A DNA stretch of 64,000 nt from a virus, in the IMG/VR virus record IMGVR_UViG_3300006046_000002, positions 1 through 64,000 of that record, one strand, 5' to 3'. Both the position numbers and the translations under genes were made by a program. A model generated the notes under the pieces. That model searched no databases. It worked only from the letters and a program-made list of their open reading frames with translations, and was not told where the DNA came from. Below, piece by piece: positions 7,501-18,466 of this stretch. Position 1 is the stretch's first letter, and each line of letters opens with the position of its first letter.

Positions 7501-10237
7501 TAACATCATCCAGCGCATCATCAAGATGGTGCTGGACAAAGAGTCAGCAAAGAAGACGCAGGACGATGCCAATCAAATGGCGTCGAAGATTGATGATACG
7601 TGGAAGTCAGTCGCGCAGAAGATTGGTGGATATCTCGCTGCTGGTTTCTTGATCAGTAAGGTCATCGCCTTTGGGAAAGCCGCTATCGCTGAAGCGACGT
7701 CGTCAGAGAAAGCGTGGAAGCAACTCAAAGGAACGATCGACAATACGGGCGCATCGTACGATGCGATGCAGGATAAGATCGTTGCAGCAGCGAATGCGTT
7801 TCAAGATTCAACGATTCATGATGACGACGCATTCGCTGAGACGATGGGTCGCATGGTAACGTTGACTGGTGATGCTGCCGCATCGCTGAACAACATGGGA
7901 CTTGTCGCCAATGTCGCGGCGCAATTTTTCAATGGAGAATTGGAGCCCGCCGCGAATCTCGTTGCTAAGGCGATGAATGGTAATACGAATGCCCTGAAGA
8001 AGATGGGCATTCAGGCGAAGGATGCGCAGGATGCACTGAACATTCTCGCGCAGCGTTCGATGGGCGCGGCGACGCGCGAAGCGAAGACGTTCGATGGTCA
8101 GATGCATCAGCTGAGCGAAACGTACAAGGACATGCTGAAGGAAGTCGGCAACGCCATCATCATGAACGATGGTGCGACCGATGGTGTCAGTGTCCTTCGC
8201 GCAGCGTTGCAAGCGTTGACGAAGTGGGTCCATGAGAATCGCGATGCGATCTCGCTCTGGGTGACGAAGGGCGTGATGTTCGCGATCGACGCAGCCGATG
8301 TCTTCATTCGTGCGATTGTTGGCATGTCGAATGTCATCGGCGGAGGATTCATGTCGTTCCTCGGCCTGGCGTCAGTTGGATTGGCGAAGCTCGCTCTTGG
8401 ACTGGTCGCGGTACGCAATGGTGTCCACGCCGTACAAGATGTCTTCGGCATGGACAACAAGAAACAGAAAGACGAAACGAAGGCGATCGAAGAACAGGCA
8501 GAAGCATTGGAAGAGTGGGGCAAGCAAGCGCACAACACTGGAGTAGAACGTGTGAAGATCGGCGTCGATGTGCTTGCAACGCCAATGTTTTCGAGCAAGG
8601 ACTTCATGGGCAAGTTGAAGATTCCAGACCTGACGGTCAATCGCCCAATGGTCGGAAAGAATCAGAGTACCGACGCAACGAAAGAAGTCACGAAAGCACT
8701 CGAGGATTTCCAGAAAGAAGCGAAGGCTGCCGCGAATATGCAGAAGGTGCTCGGCGATCAATTCGACGCGACTGGTGCTGAGATTGATCGGACGACGAAA
8801 CTCCTGAATGTGCTCGCGGCCAATGGCCTGACGCCAGCATCTGTTGGCATGGCGGGATTGAGTGAGCACTTGCAGGATCTCGTTAAGAACATGAAGCCAG
8901 TGCACGACGCACTGAAAACATTTCACGAAGAAGAAAAGGTCGCAGAGAATTCGCACAAGATTTTGGGTGATCGATTCGATGCGACGGGCGCAGAAATCGA
9001 TCGCACCACGAAATTGCTGAACGTCCTCGCGGCCAATGGCATTGATCCCACGACCATTGGCCTTGGTGATCTCAGTGGTCGGTTGACACAGCTCGTCACG
9101 AACATCAAGCCAGTGGAAGATGCGACCAAGTCATTGGCGAAGTCGTTGAAATCGAATCTCGCGACAAGCGCGATTGAATCATCAGCAGCAATTCGAGAAT
9201 TGCAGCGGCAGCAGGATGCAACGCTTGAATCGATGAACACATTGATTGCGCAGGGTGTTGATCCGCAGTCTCCGCGCATTCGCGCACTGGTGAAAGAATA
9301 CGATAGTTTGCAGAAACGTATCGGTTCAATCACGGCAGAGACAACGGTCAGTCGCCTCAAGCAACAGCAAGGCGATATTCTCTCGACAATCAAGTCCCTG
9401 CTCGATGAAGGATTGGATCCGACATCACAAGCGATTACGGATCTGACAGAGCGGTACAACAAGCTGACCGATTCGATCTCTGACACCGAGAAGATTCAAG
9501 CAGTTGCTGATGCCTACGCATCGCTTGGTGAAGAGATTCGTATGGCCGCATTCACGGCGGCACTTGAAGGTGCTAACGGCATGGATGCCCTTCAGGCGGA
9601 GCAGCAAGCATTGCTCAAGTCCATTCAAGACCTGATCTCGAAGGGGATCAAGGTGGAAGATAAAGCGTTGCAGGATTTGATTCATCGCTACAAGGAAGTA
9701 TCGAAAGCGATTCAAATGCAGACGGCTGTCATGGAATTGCAGACGGCTGTTGCTGATGTTCTGGCTGAAGCACTCGGCGCCGCATTGCAGGGCGGACTGC
9801 ATGAAGCCGCAGTGGCGAAAGCAAAACAGAATGCGATCGAAGCGGCGGAGATGATCGTTCGTGCTGGCGCATTCGCTCTCATGGGACGATACGACAAAGC
9901 CGGACAAGCCCTCGCATTGGCTGGAGAATTCGCTGCAGTCGCGGCGATGTGGGGAGCATTCGCTGCAGTCACCGGAGGTGGCGGAGGTGGCAGCGACACG
10001 GGAGGTGCAGGAGCAGGAGGTGGTGGATCAAGCTCGAGCATGGGTGATTCACGTGCATCATCGAATGATGCGGCAAATCGCGCGGATCAACCGAAAACAG
10101 AAGTTACTATCAATCTGGTCGGTCCGGGATTCCACGCACTGAATCCGGCTGTGCAAGAAGTTGTGTGGGGCGCGACGCAAGAAGCATCAGAACGATTTGG
10201 TCCGAACACTCGTATTCGCATCAGCTCTCAGCAGTAA
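7493..10237 (+). CDS. Tape measure protein (914 aa)
   Basis: Size and position after the G/GT pair. Alpha-helical Ala/Leu/Lys-rich sequence with hydrophobic central segments, internal 71-aa tandem repeats and a Gly-rich tract near the C-terminus. Confidence 0.85.
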   Translation: MADNIIQRIIKMVLDKESAKKTQDDANQMASKIDDTWKSVAQKIGGYLAAGFLISKVIAFGKAAIAEATSSEKAWKQLKGTIDNTGASYDAMQDKIVAAANAFQDSTIHDDDAFAETMGRMVTLTGDAAASLNNMGLVANVAAQFFNGELEPAANLVAKAMNGNTNALKKMGIQAKDAQDALNILAQRSMGAATREAKTFDGQMHQLSETYKDMLKEVGNAIIMNDGATDGVSVLRAALQALTKWVHENRDAISLWVTKGVMFAIDAADVFIRAIVGMSNVIGGGFMSFLGLASVGLAKLALGLVAVRNGVHAVQDVFGMDNKKQKDETKAIEEQAEALEEWGKQAHNTGVERVKIGVDVLATPMFSSKDFMGKLKIPDLTVNRPMVGKNQSTDATKEVTKALEDFQKEAKAAANMQKVLGDQFDATGAEIDRTTKLLNVLAANGLTPASVGMAGLSEHLQDLVKNMKPVHDALKTFHEEEKVAENSHKILGDRFDATGAEIDRTTKLLNVLAANGIDPTTIGLGDLSGRLTQLVTNIKPVEDATKSLAKSLKSNLATSAIESSAAIRELQRQQDATLESMNTLIAQGVDPQSPRIRALVKEYDSLQKRIGSITAETTVSRLKQQQGDILSTIKSLLDEGLDPTSQAITDLTERYNKLTDSISDTEKIQAVADAYASLGEEIRMAAFTAALEGANGMDALQAEQQALLKSIQDLISKGIKVEDKALQDLIHRYKEVSKAIQMQTAVMELQTAVADVLAEALGAALQGGLHEAAVAKAKQNAIEAAEMIVRAGAFALMGRYDKAGQALALAGEFAAVAAMWGAFAAVTGGGGGGSDTGGAGAGGGGSSSSMGDSRASSNDAANRADQPKTEVTINLVGPGFHALNPAVQEVVWGATQEASERFGPNTRIRISSQQ
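8744..9169 (+). repeat. Tandem 213-nt (71-aa) duplication inside the tape measure gene
   Basis: K(V/I)LGD(Q/R)FDATGAEIDRTTKLLNVLAANG... occurs twice, starting at 8744 and 8957. More degenerate ~35-aa repeats follow (LIAQGVDPQSP, LLDEGLDPTSQ, LISKGIKVEDK). Confidence 0.8.
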
Positions 10238-10258
10238 ACTTTCTCTCTGCGGTGAACA

Positions 10259-11272
10259 ATGCCTGGACTGCCACTGCGGCCGATCATCACGTATGGGTCA
10301 CCGACGAAGACCATCGATCTGTCGATGCCTCAGAAGTGGTGGGGATACAAGACACAACTCGTCGGCGGATCACGGAAAAGTTCTGCTGGCATTCCAGAAT
10401 CTTTCACGATTCGCGAAGACAACTTGTCGATGCTCACACTTCGGGTGCATGAGTGTGAGCTCTTGGATGTGCGCGATTGGATTCTCGATTGTTGGCGGAG
10501 GAGCGCGACATTCAAGTTTCAGTACGATGCACTCGATATTGAAACGGTGTTCACCTGCTACTTGGATGCGCCGACATATGACGATGGATGGGATCCGCAG
10601 CGGATGACCAATCCTAACTTCCCGCAGTTCTGGGAAGTCACGGCGACTATTCGTAACACCCTCGCAGAGATTCCGATCTTCGTATCTGTGACTGGCGATT
10701 GTGCATCGACGAGCGTGTCCGAGCAAGCATGGGTGCTCACTGATTTTGCGAACGGCTCAAGCTTGCGTCTGTCGGTTCCGCCGCCGGGCGCAGGATTCGG
10801 ATCTGGCGCGAACTTCGTCAATCTGCCAGATCCGATGACTGATCCGGCAGTACTCTACATTTCGGATCCACCCGAGAATACGTGGGACACACTGATCTTG
10901 ACGGCGGGTTTGCTGATTCCGTTGAATGTCTATCTGGAAACATCAGGCCCGACACCAGATCTTGGATGGGATCGTGCTGGTGGATTTTTCAAGATCAAAC
11001 AGATGCGCGGATCGAGCGTCATCGCAGAAGCAACATCTCCGCAGATGGGATTCGGCTCACTCGTCTCGAGCTATACGTCATTCGACGTATCATCCATCGG
11101 CTCACTGCGCGTTGAGGTTGATGATTTCATTCGCCTCGAGCTCTATGGATATCAGAGTCTCGCACCGGGTCGTACTGACGAAGGGTACCGATGCTTCTAC
11201 TACTATGGCGCAGTCTTCGGTCCGCGATTGAATCCACGTCTGGTCTGTCTGTCTAACGTGGAGGAACAGTAA
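10259..11272 (+). CDS. Tail tip protein (distal-tail-protein candidate by position)
   Basis: First ORF after the tape measure, 337 aa. The call is positional only. Confidence 0.4.
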   Translation: MPGLPLRPIITYGSPTKTIDLSMPQKWWGYKTQLVGGSRKSSAGIPESFTIREDNLSMLTLRVHECELLDVRDWILDCWRRSATFKFQYDALDIETVFTCYLDAPTYDDGWDPQRMTNPNFPQFWEVTATIRNTLAEIPIFVSVTGDCASTSVSEQAWVLTDFANGSSLRLSVPPPGAGFGSGANFVNLPDPMTDPAVLYISDPPENTWDTLILTAGLLIPLNVYLETSGPTPDLGWDRAGGFFKIKQMRGSSVIAEATSPQMGFGSLVSSYTSFDVSSIGSLRVEVDDFIRLELYGYQSLAPGRTDEGYRCFYYYGAVFGPRLNPRLVCLSNVEEQ

Positions 11273-14200
11273 TGCCTAACTATCTGTTCCAGCGTTTGAC
11301 GTTCTTTGCCGATGATGATGTCACACCGCTGTTGGGTGCAGTCGATGTTGATGGAAAAGTCATTGATCCGACGTTTTCAACTGATCCAGAGCACGTTCGT
11401 CCGTATCTCGAGTTTTCAGAAGATACGGGTCAGCAGGATGTTGATTTCCTGCAGGGATCATCGACCATCGGCACGATTTCGCTGACGATTCTCGACAAGC
11501 GTCGGACAGCGAATGATCAAGCGACGGGAATCTTCACGTGGCTTCAGGTCAGTGGTACGACGGGCGACACTGCCGTTCTTCGCCGACGCGCACTGTGGGA
11601 AGGTCTGCTATCTGACGGAATCACATGGGTCGTGTTGATGAATGGTGTGCTGACGCGAGTCGCACTGAATGACGATCTCGTCAGCTATACCATCGGCCTA
11701 CGCGACATGCGCGAGCGTGAACGACGCGTGCGTCTGTTCGTGAAGAACAACAACGCTGTGATCGATGGCAGCGGAAATATCACCATCTCGCGCGGCACCT
11801 GTTTCTTCCCACTCGTTGGCCCGATGGAAGGATGGGGTCGGCCAACAAAGTACGATGCGACACTCGATCGCGTTGTGCAGTATGGTGCTCCACAGCTGGA
11901 ACCGACACACGGTGTCAAAGGCAAATGGATTCAAGATCTCCTCGGCGGATCATACGTCTACTTCGACATCAATGATCCGACGTCAGGTTTCGTGTACGCC
12001 GAGGGGCGTGAAGATCTCTTCGCAAAGTACGGACAGTCGAGCTACGATGGCCAAGGTCAGATTCTGCTCTCGTCAGGAATCTTCGATACGAGCTATCTGA
12101 CCTTCGATAAATACTCGTACAATAACTCGATCGCGCAGTGGAGTCCGAATCCCACGGGTGGACCGTGGTACACGATGAAGATCATGCCCGCGAATACGGG
12201 CATCATTGCGTTTCGGGATAACATCTTCGAGATAGTCGAGGGACAGTCGACGCTGAACTTCAACCTCACAGGGTTGAATCTCTCGATTCCGAAAGGCCAG
12301 CCGTTCAAGTATGTTCGCTCCGCGAAGTTGATTCCATCGCCTGGCGATACATCACCGACGAATGGACAGACGGTGTATGTTCGCTATATCAGCAACATGC
12401 AGCCGGAGAAAGACGTACCGAAATATCTTGAAGAAGAAACCTTCGGTATTTTTCTGAAGAAGATCTACGACGGTGAATTCAGCGATCCAGAAGTTCCGCC
12501 GCGTGTGGCATACGATCTCACGGCGATGAACAAGATGATCGCTGATACACCGCTGATGATCGGCATCGTTGACGAAGTCGTCACCGACATGCGCGGATGG
12601 GTCGAAGAAAATATCTACAAGCCACTCGGCTATGCGCCCGCGCTCTCGCCTGATGGAACGATCACGCCGATCAAATACGCATTACCAGATGAGACTGTTC
12701 CGCTGTTGATGTTGACAGATGCGAACGTTGAGAAGGCCACCTGGGAACATAGCGATGAGAACGTTATCAACAAGGTGACGTTCACCTATCAGCGCGATAT
12801 GGTTCCGGCAGTGCCCAGTCTCAACGCACTCGCTGGTGTCAAGATCAATACGACAGACATCATCATCGAGAACTGGAACATCGCGTCGATTCCGTTGTTC
12901 GATACGAAGTCACTCGACTACAAGCCTGTCACGACACACTCGGTCTTGGTGACTGGGAGTAAGTTCATCCCGCGTCCCAATGTCTCGAGTGAAGTCGGAT
13001 GGCGTCTCGCGATCGCGCGCACTGCCGATGTGATCATGCGATTTGGCAATGGCGCGCAGGTCTGCACCGTGACCGCGATGGGGAGTGATCCCGATGTCGC
13101 CGCCGCGAAGATTGGCGGATGGTCTGTTCTCGGCGTCTCGTGGCTGCCGGATTACAAGACACGGAAACGTGGCATCGCGCGATTGATGCAGATCACGAGC
13201 ATCAAACGCACGACACCGATTTCGTACGAATTCACACTGCTCGATGCAGGTCCGTACGAAGCGGCCAAGACCTGCCCGACGGTCAACAATATTCAGCAGT
13301 ATGCTGATGGCCGTGTGTCAGTTGATGTCACTGGCATTCCCGCTGATACGATCGCTCGTCTCGAGTTTGCGATCAGTGACACCGAGCCTCCGCCAGAGAG
13401 CGGTGCGTGGATGCTGCTGAAGCGAACACAGACGACCGGAACAGTCTACACCACGGCGCAAGCGCCCGGAGTGAAAGTCTGGATTCGGTGGCGCGGTGAA
13501 GCGCAAGGGGCGAGACCATCAGCGTGGTGCGGTGTCCTGAACATCACCATCGCCAATACGGCACAGATGGTGGATGCCCGATTGATCCTCATCGATGGCG
13601 TGCCGCGTGTGAGTTGGGACGCGACCTCATCGACACTTGGCATTCGTGTTCTGTATCAGCGACATCCAGAAGGATCAGCACAGCCGACATCACTCGGTTC
13701 ATCGATCGATGCTGATGTGAACCTGAATGGGAGTGATGGACGCGGCTATATTGATCTGCCGTTCAAGCTCAATCCGTACGAACAGATCACCGTTCAGGTT
13801 GTTGGTTATCCTGGATTCTCTGGCGGTGCGGTGTCCGGAACAGCGGGCATGGCGTCGCAATACATGACCGCGCAATACACTGTCGACATCGGTCCACCGA
13901 CCGTATTGCCGATCGTCTCGTACAGTGGCGGTGGACTCGTCGGTGCAGCGACGCTGACGGTCAACGAGAATCTGTCAACGGACACGATCGGTGTGCAAGT
14001 GAAGGACGATGCAAACACGATTTGGACGTTAGTCACATCGGGCTCGGATGCGACGCCACTACTCGTTGCTCCGGGAACGGTGATTGCATCGACATCGTGG
14101 TGGCATCAGGGTTCAACATTCGAGCAGTTGCTGATGGGACAAGGTCTGACCGCTGGTGTCACGCGCACATTCTATTCGCAAGTGACCGCGACGAAGACTG

Positions 14201-15603
14201 GGCTCAAGTCCGATTGGATTCCATTCTACTGGCAGGGCGCAGAAGCAACGACCGCCGTTGTTAGCGACGATACCGTGGTCATGGATTCTGTCGCTGACGC
14301 AACGGCATCGACTGATTTTCCGAATGCCGTTGGCCTCGCTGATTCAGCGACCACGCAAATCGATCGTGCCACAGCGGATACGATTAAAGTCGAAGTGAAA
14401 GATAGTTCGCTTGGTATTGTCAAGCTGAATGCGACGGGGACACGCAGTGACGGAACATTCCTACGCGGCGATAATACATTCGCTCCACCGACAATCGCTG
14501 GCGGGAGTGGTGTCGGCGCGGTGCTCGCGTACACCGAAGTGACTGGTGTCTCTCCGTCACTTGCGGACGAAGCGTCGGCGACGATCGTGCTCACGATGGC
14601 CAAGACGGTTGCGATTCAGCGCGTCACGACAAGTGCTGCCGCTTCTGTTCGGCTGTATTCAACACTCGCTGCCTTGAGTGCAGATATTGGACGAGGAAAT
14701 GTTGATCCGGCATTTGGTGGTGCCGGAGAATCACTGTTCGATGTGTCGCCTGGCGTGAGCTCGACATCGCTCATTCAAGAACCTCGGCGCAATGTCGTCT
14801 GTAACAACGGTGATAATCCGCGCTCTGGAAAGTTCTACATGCGTGTGACCAACAAAAGCGGCGGAACGGCGACGATCACGACCGTCATTCGGTATCTTCC
14901 GCTCGAAGGTGCTCCGGCAACGATTCCGCCCGATGTGCTCACGGGCATGCTGTGGGAATTCGATGTGCAGTCGTTGACACCAGTGGCCGACGGAACAGAA
15001 ACACTCATCGTGCCGAACTCTGGATTGCTCGGCGGTAACATCGGTAATGGATCGGGCTTTGGATCTGGTCCGAAGTATCGGACGAATCAGATCAACGGTC
15101 GTCCGGCGATCAAGATCACACAGATCGGTGGCAATACGCGAAGCTACGGATTGCCGACGGCTGGCTTTGTCGAGCCGACAGAGTCACACGTGTTCGCGAT
15201 CATGAAGACGATCGGTGGCGGTGCGGCGTGGATGGTGGGACCAGATCGTACATCGTTCCCCAATGCTCCGGGTAACGTGAGTGACTGGCATCAGACGAGT
15301 GTTGAGCGATTGGTCTCAATCAGCAACAATCCGAGCACGGGAGCATTTCTCTATCACTCGCATAGTTCAGTCGCACTGTTCGAAGCGGATGTCGGTCTTA
15401 CGCAGCGATTTATAGATACGACGAATACCGTGTCCGGAACAAGTCAGAGAACACTCCTCGGACATCTCGCTGGCGGATTCCTTGCCAGTGTATTCGAAGG
15501 ACTCCTCGGTCATTGGCGTTTCTATAGTGGTTCACTGACCGATGATGAAGTGCTCGGAATCAAGACCGCGATGAGTGATTACTGGGGAGGCGGATTCCTA
15601 TGA
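11272..15603 (+). CDS. Large tail hub / host-specificity protein (1443 aa) with C-terminal LamG-like domain
   Basis: TAATG coupling. Size and position are those of Tal/J-like proteins. The C-terminal ...LLGHWRFYSGSLTDDEVLGIKTAM resembles the end of concanavalin/LamG jelly-roll domains. Confidence 0.5.
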   Translation: MPNYLFQRLTFFADDDVTPLLGAVDVDGKVIDPTFSTDPEHVRPYLEFSEDTGQQDVDFLQGSSTIGTISLTILDKRRTANDQATGIFTWLQVSGTTGDTAVLRRRALWEGLLSDGITWVVLMNGVLTRVALNDDLVSYTIGLRDMRERERRVRLFVKNNNAVIDGSGNITISRGTCFFPLVGPMEGWGRPTKYDATLDRVVQYGAPQLEPTHGVKGKWIQDLLGGSYVYFDINDPTSGFVYAEGREDLFAKYGQSSYDGQGQILLSSGIFDTSYLTFDKYSYNNSIAQWSPNPTGGPWYTMKIMPANTGIIAFRDNIFEIVEGQSTLNFNLTGLNLSIPKGQPFKYVRSAKLIPSPGDTSPTNGQTVYVRYISNMQPEKDVPKYLEEETFGIFLKKIYDGEFSDPEVPPRVAYDLTAMNKMIADTPLMIGIVDEVVTDMRGWVEENIYKPLGYAPALSPDGTITPIKYALPDETVPLLMLTDANVEKATWEHSDENVINKVTFTYQRDMVPAVPSLNALAGVKINTTDIIIENWNIASIPLFDTKSLDYKPVTTHSVLVTGSKFIPRPNVSSEVGWRLAIARTADVIMRFGNGAQVCTVTAMGSDPDVAAAKIGGWSVLGVSWLPDYKTRKRGIARLMQITSIKRTTPISYEFTLLDAGPYEAAKTCPTVNNIQQYADGRVSVDVTGIPADTIARLEFAISDTEPPPESGAWMLLKRTQTTGTVYTTAQAPGVKVWIRWRGEAQGARPSAWCGVLNITIANTAQMVDARLILIDGVPRVSWDATSSTLGIRVLYQRHPEGSAQPTSLGSSIDADVNLNGSDGRGYIDLPFKLNPYEQITVQVVGYPGFSGGAVSGTAGMASQYMTAQYTVDIGPPTVLPIVSYSGGGLVGAATLTVNENLSTDTIGVQVKDDANTIWTLVTSGSDATPLLVAPGTVIASTSWWHQGSTFEQLLMGQGLTAGVTRTFYSQVTATKTGLKSDWIPFYWQGAEATTAVVSDDTVVMDSVADATASTDFPNAVGLADSATTQIDRATADTIKVEVKDSSLGIVKLNATGTRSDGTFLRGDNTFAPPTIAGGSGVGAVLAYTEVTGVSPSLADEASATIVLTMAKTVAIQRVTTSAAASVRLYSTLAALSADIGRGNVDPAFGGAGESLFDVSPGVSSTSLIQEPRRNVVCNNGDNPRSGKFYMRVTNKSGGTATITTVIRYLPLEGAPATIPPDVLTGMLWEFDVQSLTPVADGTETLIVPNSGLLGGNIGNGSGFGSGPKYRTNQINGRPAIKITQIGGNTRSYGLPTAGFVEPTESHVFAIMKTIGGGAAWMVGPDRTSFPNAPGNVSDWHQTSVERLVSISNNPSTGAFLYHSHSSVALFEADVGLTQRFIDTTNTVSGTSQRTLLGHLAGGFLASVFEGLLGHWRFYSGSLTDDEVLGIKTAMSDYWGGGFL

Positions 15604-17834
15604 CGCGACCGAACGGAGGATGGCAATATCCTCGGGAAGATTATCCAGGCACGGCAGGAAGTATTCCTCCGGGCGGCACGGCCGATCAGGTGCTGGCAAA
15701 GATCGATGGCGCTGATTTCAATACGTATTGGCGAACGATTGTCGGCGGCGGGGGAGGCGGAGGCGAGACGTTCTCATACTGGGATCCTGATAAACCGCCG
15801 ATCATTCCGAACGCGGCAGATGATGAAGCGGAAGGACTTGCGGGCGCGACTCCTCCGGGATGGACAGCATTCAATCTCGCAGCGAGTTCAACGTTTCTGT
15901 ACGATGGCAAAGGTCGCATCGATCTCTTTGTGCCTGGCGGATCAGGTGATGTTCTGCGATTCTTCTACAAAGGTGGAATCACAGGATCGTACACCGCGAC
16001 TGTGAAGATGGCCTCGCTGATGGCCGGTGCGTTCAACTCCACTGGCCTCTGCATACGCGATCCATCGAGTGGGAAGATGCTGTCACTCGGCCTGCAACAC
16101 CGCGGCGGCTCCGTCGTGTGGATCTTCACGTGGTGGAATAGCAGTACGTCATGGGCGGGAGAAACGCTTGGTCCTGCCGTGGACATGAATGACGACATGT
16201 ACTTTCAGTTGTCATGGGATGGCACGACAGTCACGGCACGTTATGCGCGAAATGGAACTGACTTTCAAGTCTGGACGACGAGTACATGGTTCACAGGCGG
16301 AACGCCAACGCAAGTTGGTCTTCAGGCGAATTCACAGTCTGGCGGTAATGCTCACGGCTACTTCTATTTCTTCCGTCTGAAAGCAGCAACGACGGATCAG
16401 ATCGGCGGTATGCGTCTTGTCGGTGGAACGAGTACGGGATCGTTGGCTGTGTACGATGAAGGTGTCTCTGTTGGAACGGGAGTCACGGGACTGAACTTCA
16501 TCGGCGGCGCAGTCGTGGCCGGAGCGCCCGTCTCTGGCGTTATTCCGATCACGATCTCCGGCGGATCAATCGATGTGAAGGACGAAGGGACGACGGTTGC
16601 GACTGGCGTGTCGGCGCTCAATTTCATTGGCGCGAATGTCACAGTCGGTGCTGCGGTCGCTGGCGTTGTTCCGATCACAGTGAGTGGAAGTTCTGGTGGA
16701 GGAGGTGGAGGCGGTGCACTGCCGTCGATTGACCTGATCAACTTCTGGACGTCCAGTGGCGTCAAGGCGACGGCGTCGTCGAGTTATTCGCAGCTTGGTC
16801 CAGAAGGCGCGTGGCTCCCCGGCGAGGGAAACGGCTGGATCACGAACGCGACGTCAACTGGCTGGGTCAAGATCGAATTTCCCAGCGCGGTCACGATGAA
16901 ATCATATGCGATCAATCCGTGGTACGCTGATACGTTTCCGACGCGCTCGCCGAAGACCTGGACGTTAGAAGGGTCGAATGATGATGTGACGTACACCGTG
17001 CTGGACACGCAGACGAACTTCACCGCATGGACGCGATATCAACGCGTGGCGTTCACCACATCGAACACGACGGCGTACAAGTTCTATAAGCTGAACGTCA
17101 CGTTGAACGGTGGCGACAGTTACATGGGCGTCGGTGGTATCTATCTCTATGGCGATCCTGGCGGAACTGGGAGCGCGCTTCCGGCGTGGGTGACGAATCA
17201 TCCGGACAATCCGCCGACGTCCGCGAACGCGATGGATGACGAGTTCACTGGCGCATCGCTCGATTCCAAGTGGACATTGCGCGACCTCAGTACCATCAAT
17301 GCCTCCGTTACGAAGAGTTACAACAACGGGGGCTGGCTATCGTACTCGTGCCCATCGTCTATCCAAACGCGCATCTACGCGCTCACTCAGCCAGCACCAG
17401 CCGGGAACTGGCGCGTGCAGTCGAAGATGGCGTTCGACTCTGCAACGTGGAATTACTTCGGGCTCTATTTGATCGCCCGACGCGGGTCGGTGAGCAAGTC
17501 ATCGATGGCCGGACCGCTGTACCACTCCAGCTATGGCGCAATCACGACCTATGCGACGCGCGTCAATGAGCCGAGCACGCTCGCGATCGATCAGGACCTG
17601 TACGACATCCGCTCTGATACGTTCTATCTGGAGCTGGAGTACGACGGCACGAATTTGACTTGGCGCATCTCGAAGACTGGCATGAAATACACGCGGTTCT
17701 GGGGCGAGGCTGCTACCACGTTTCTCGGCGGAGCGCCAGAGGAGGTTGGCATTAATTTCCATTTCTACGGCGGCTCCAGTGATACGAACCACATTATGAC
17801 GGGTTCGGTGGATTGGTTCCGTCGAGTCGCCTGA
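15600..17834 (+). CDS. Tail fibre / receptor-binding protein with F5/8 type C (discoidin)-like domain
   Basis: ATGA coupling. Internal duplicated GV(T/S)(G/A)LNFIG..V.VGA.V(S/A)GV(I/V)PIT(I/V)SG units. The segment GWVKIEFPSAVTMKSYAINPW...KTWTLEGSNDDVTYTVLD...YKFYKLNV looks like a discoidin/CBM32 domain. Poly-Gly linkers are present. Confidence 0.6.
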   Translation: MTRPNGGWQYPREDYPGTAGSIPPGGTADQVLAKIDGADFNTYWRTIVGGGGGGGETFSYWDPDKPPIIPNAADDEAEGLAGATPPGWTAFNLAASSTFLYDGKGRIDLFVPGGSGDVLRFFYKGGITGSYTATVKMASLMAGAFNSTGLCIRDPSSGKMLSLGLQHRGGSVVWIFTWWNSSTSWAGETLGPAVDMNDDMYFQLSWDGTTVTARYARNGTDFQVWTTSTWFTGGTPTQVGLQANSQSGGNAHGYFYFFRLKAATTDQIGGMRLVGGTSTGSLAVYDEGVSVGTGVTGLNFIGGAVVAGAPVSGVIPITISGGSIDVKDEGTTVATGVSALNFIGANVTVGAAVAGVVPITVSGSSGGGGGGGALPSIDLINFWTSSGVKATASSSYSQLGPEGAWLPGEGNGWITNATSTGWVKIEFPSAVTMKSYAINPWYADTFPTRSPKTWTLEGSNDDVTYTVLDTQTNFTAWTRYQRVAFTTSNTTAYKFYKLNVTLNGGDSYMGVGGIYLYGDPGGTGSALPAWVTNHPDNPPTSANAMDDEFTGASLDSKWTLRDLSTINASVTKSYNNGGWLSYSCPSSIQTRIYALTQPAPAGNWRVQSKMAFDSATWNYFGLYLIARRGSVSKSSMAGPLYHSSYGAITTYATRVNEPSTLAIDQDLYDIRSDTFYLELEYDGTNLTWRISKTGMKYTRFWGEAATTFLGGAPEEVGINFHFYGGSSDTNHIMTGSVDWFRRVA

Positions 17835-17863
17835 TCACTACGTACGATTACTTCGGAGCTCAT

Positions 17864-18436
17864 GTGACCTACTCTCTTGCGATACTCGCAACTATCTGGC
17901 AACAGACGCTCACCATCCCGAAACCATTTTTCACGGATGATCTGACGGGATGGGTCAAACTCGGCACGATGTATCTCGCAGGGCTCGGAGTACTCGGGAC
18001 AGTTATGGTGCGACTCGCGTATAACGCACACACGAAACGATTAGACGATTCGATCAAACAACTCAATGGGCTCGGAGAACGTGTCACCGTTGTCAAGACA
18101 GAGGTCATCGAATGCGGAGCACGCGTCGGTGAGCTCAAGGGGCGAGTGGATCTGATGGATCATAAGTTGACTGCCGTCGATCGAGAAGTCAGTCGCGTCG
18201 GCGCACATGTCGAGAACATCCAGAAGTCAATCGCTGGAATGCAGTCGGAAATCATGAGCGCGATTCAAGCAAGTGGTCGCGCGCAACTCGATCAGCTGCA
18301 TAATGTGCAGATCGAAGTCGCACGACTTGATGAACGCGAACAGATCGGCGAGAAGATCGACAAGTTGGCTGAAGCCATTCTCATGGCCCGAGGCGTTCCG
18401 ACCACATCACCGCAGCAGCCGAGAGAAAAGCGTTAG
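17864..18436 (+). CDS. Membrane protein with long coiled coil (lysis-cassette associated)
   Basis: GTG start chosen because GGAG lies 5 nt upstream. Two hydrophobic segments (LAILATIW, LGTMYLAGLGVLGTVMV) are followed by heptad-like repeats. Start is uncertain: the ORF is open from 17813. Confidence 0.45.
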   Translation: MTYSLAILATIWQQTLTIPKPFFTDDLTGWVKLGTMYLAGLGVLGTVMVRLAYNAHTKRLDDSIKQLNGLGERVTVVKTEVIECGARVGELKGRVDLMDHKLTAVDREVSRVGAHVENIQKSIAGMQSEIMSAIQASGRAQLDQLHNVQIEVARLDEREQIGEKIDKLAEAILMARGVPTTSPQQPREKR

Positions 18437-18466
18437 CGTACGATTACCCTTCACCTGGAGTTGACG

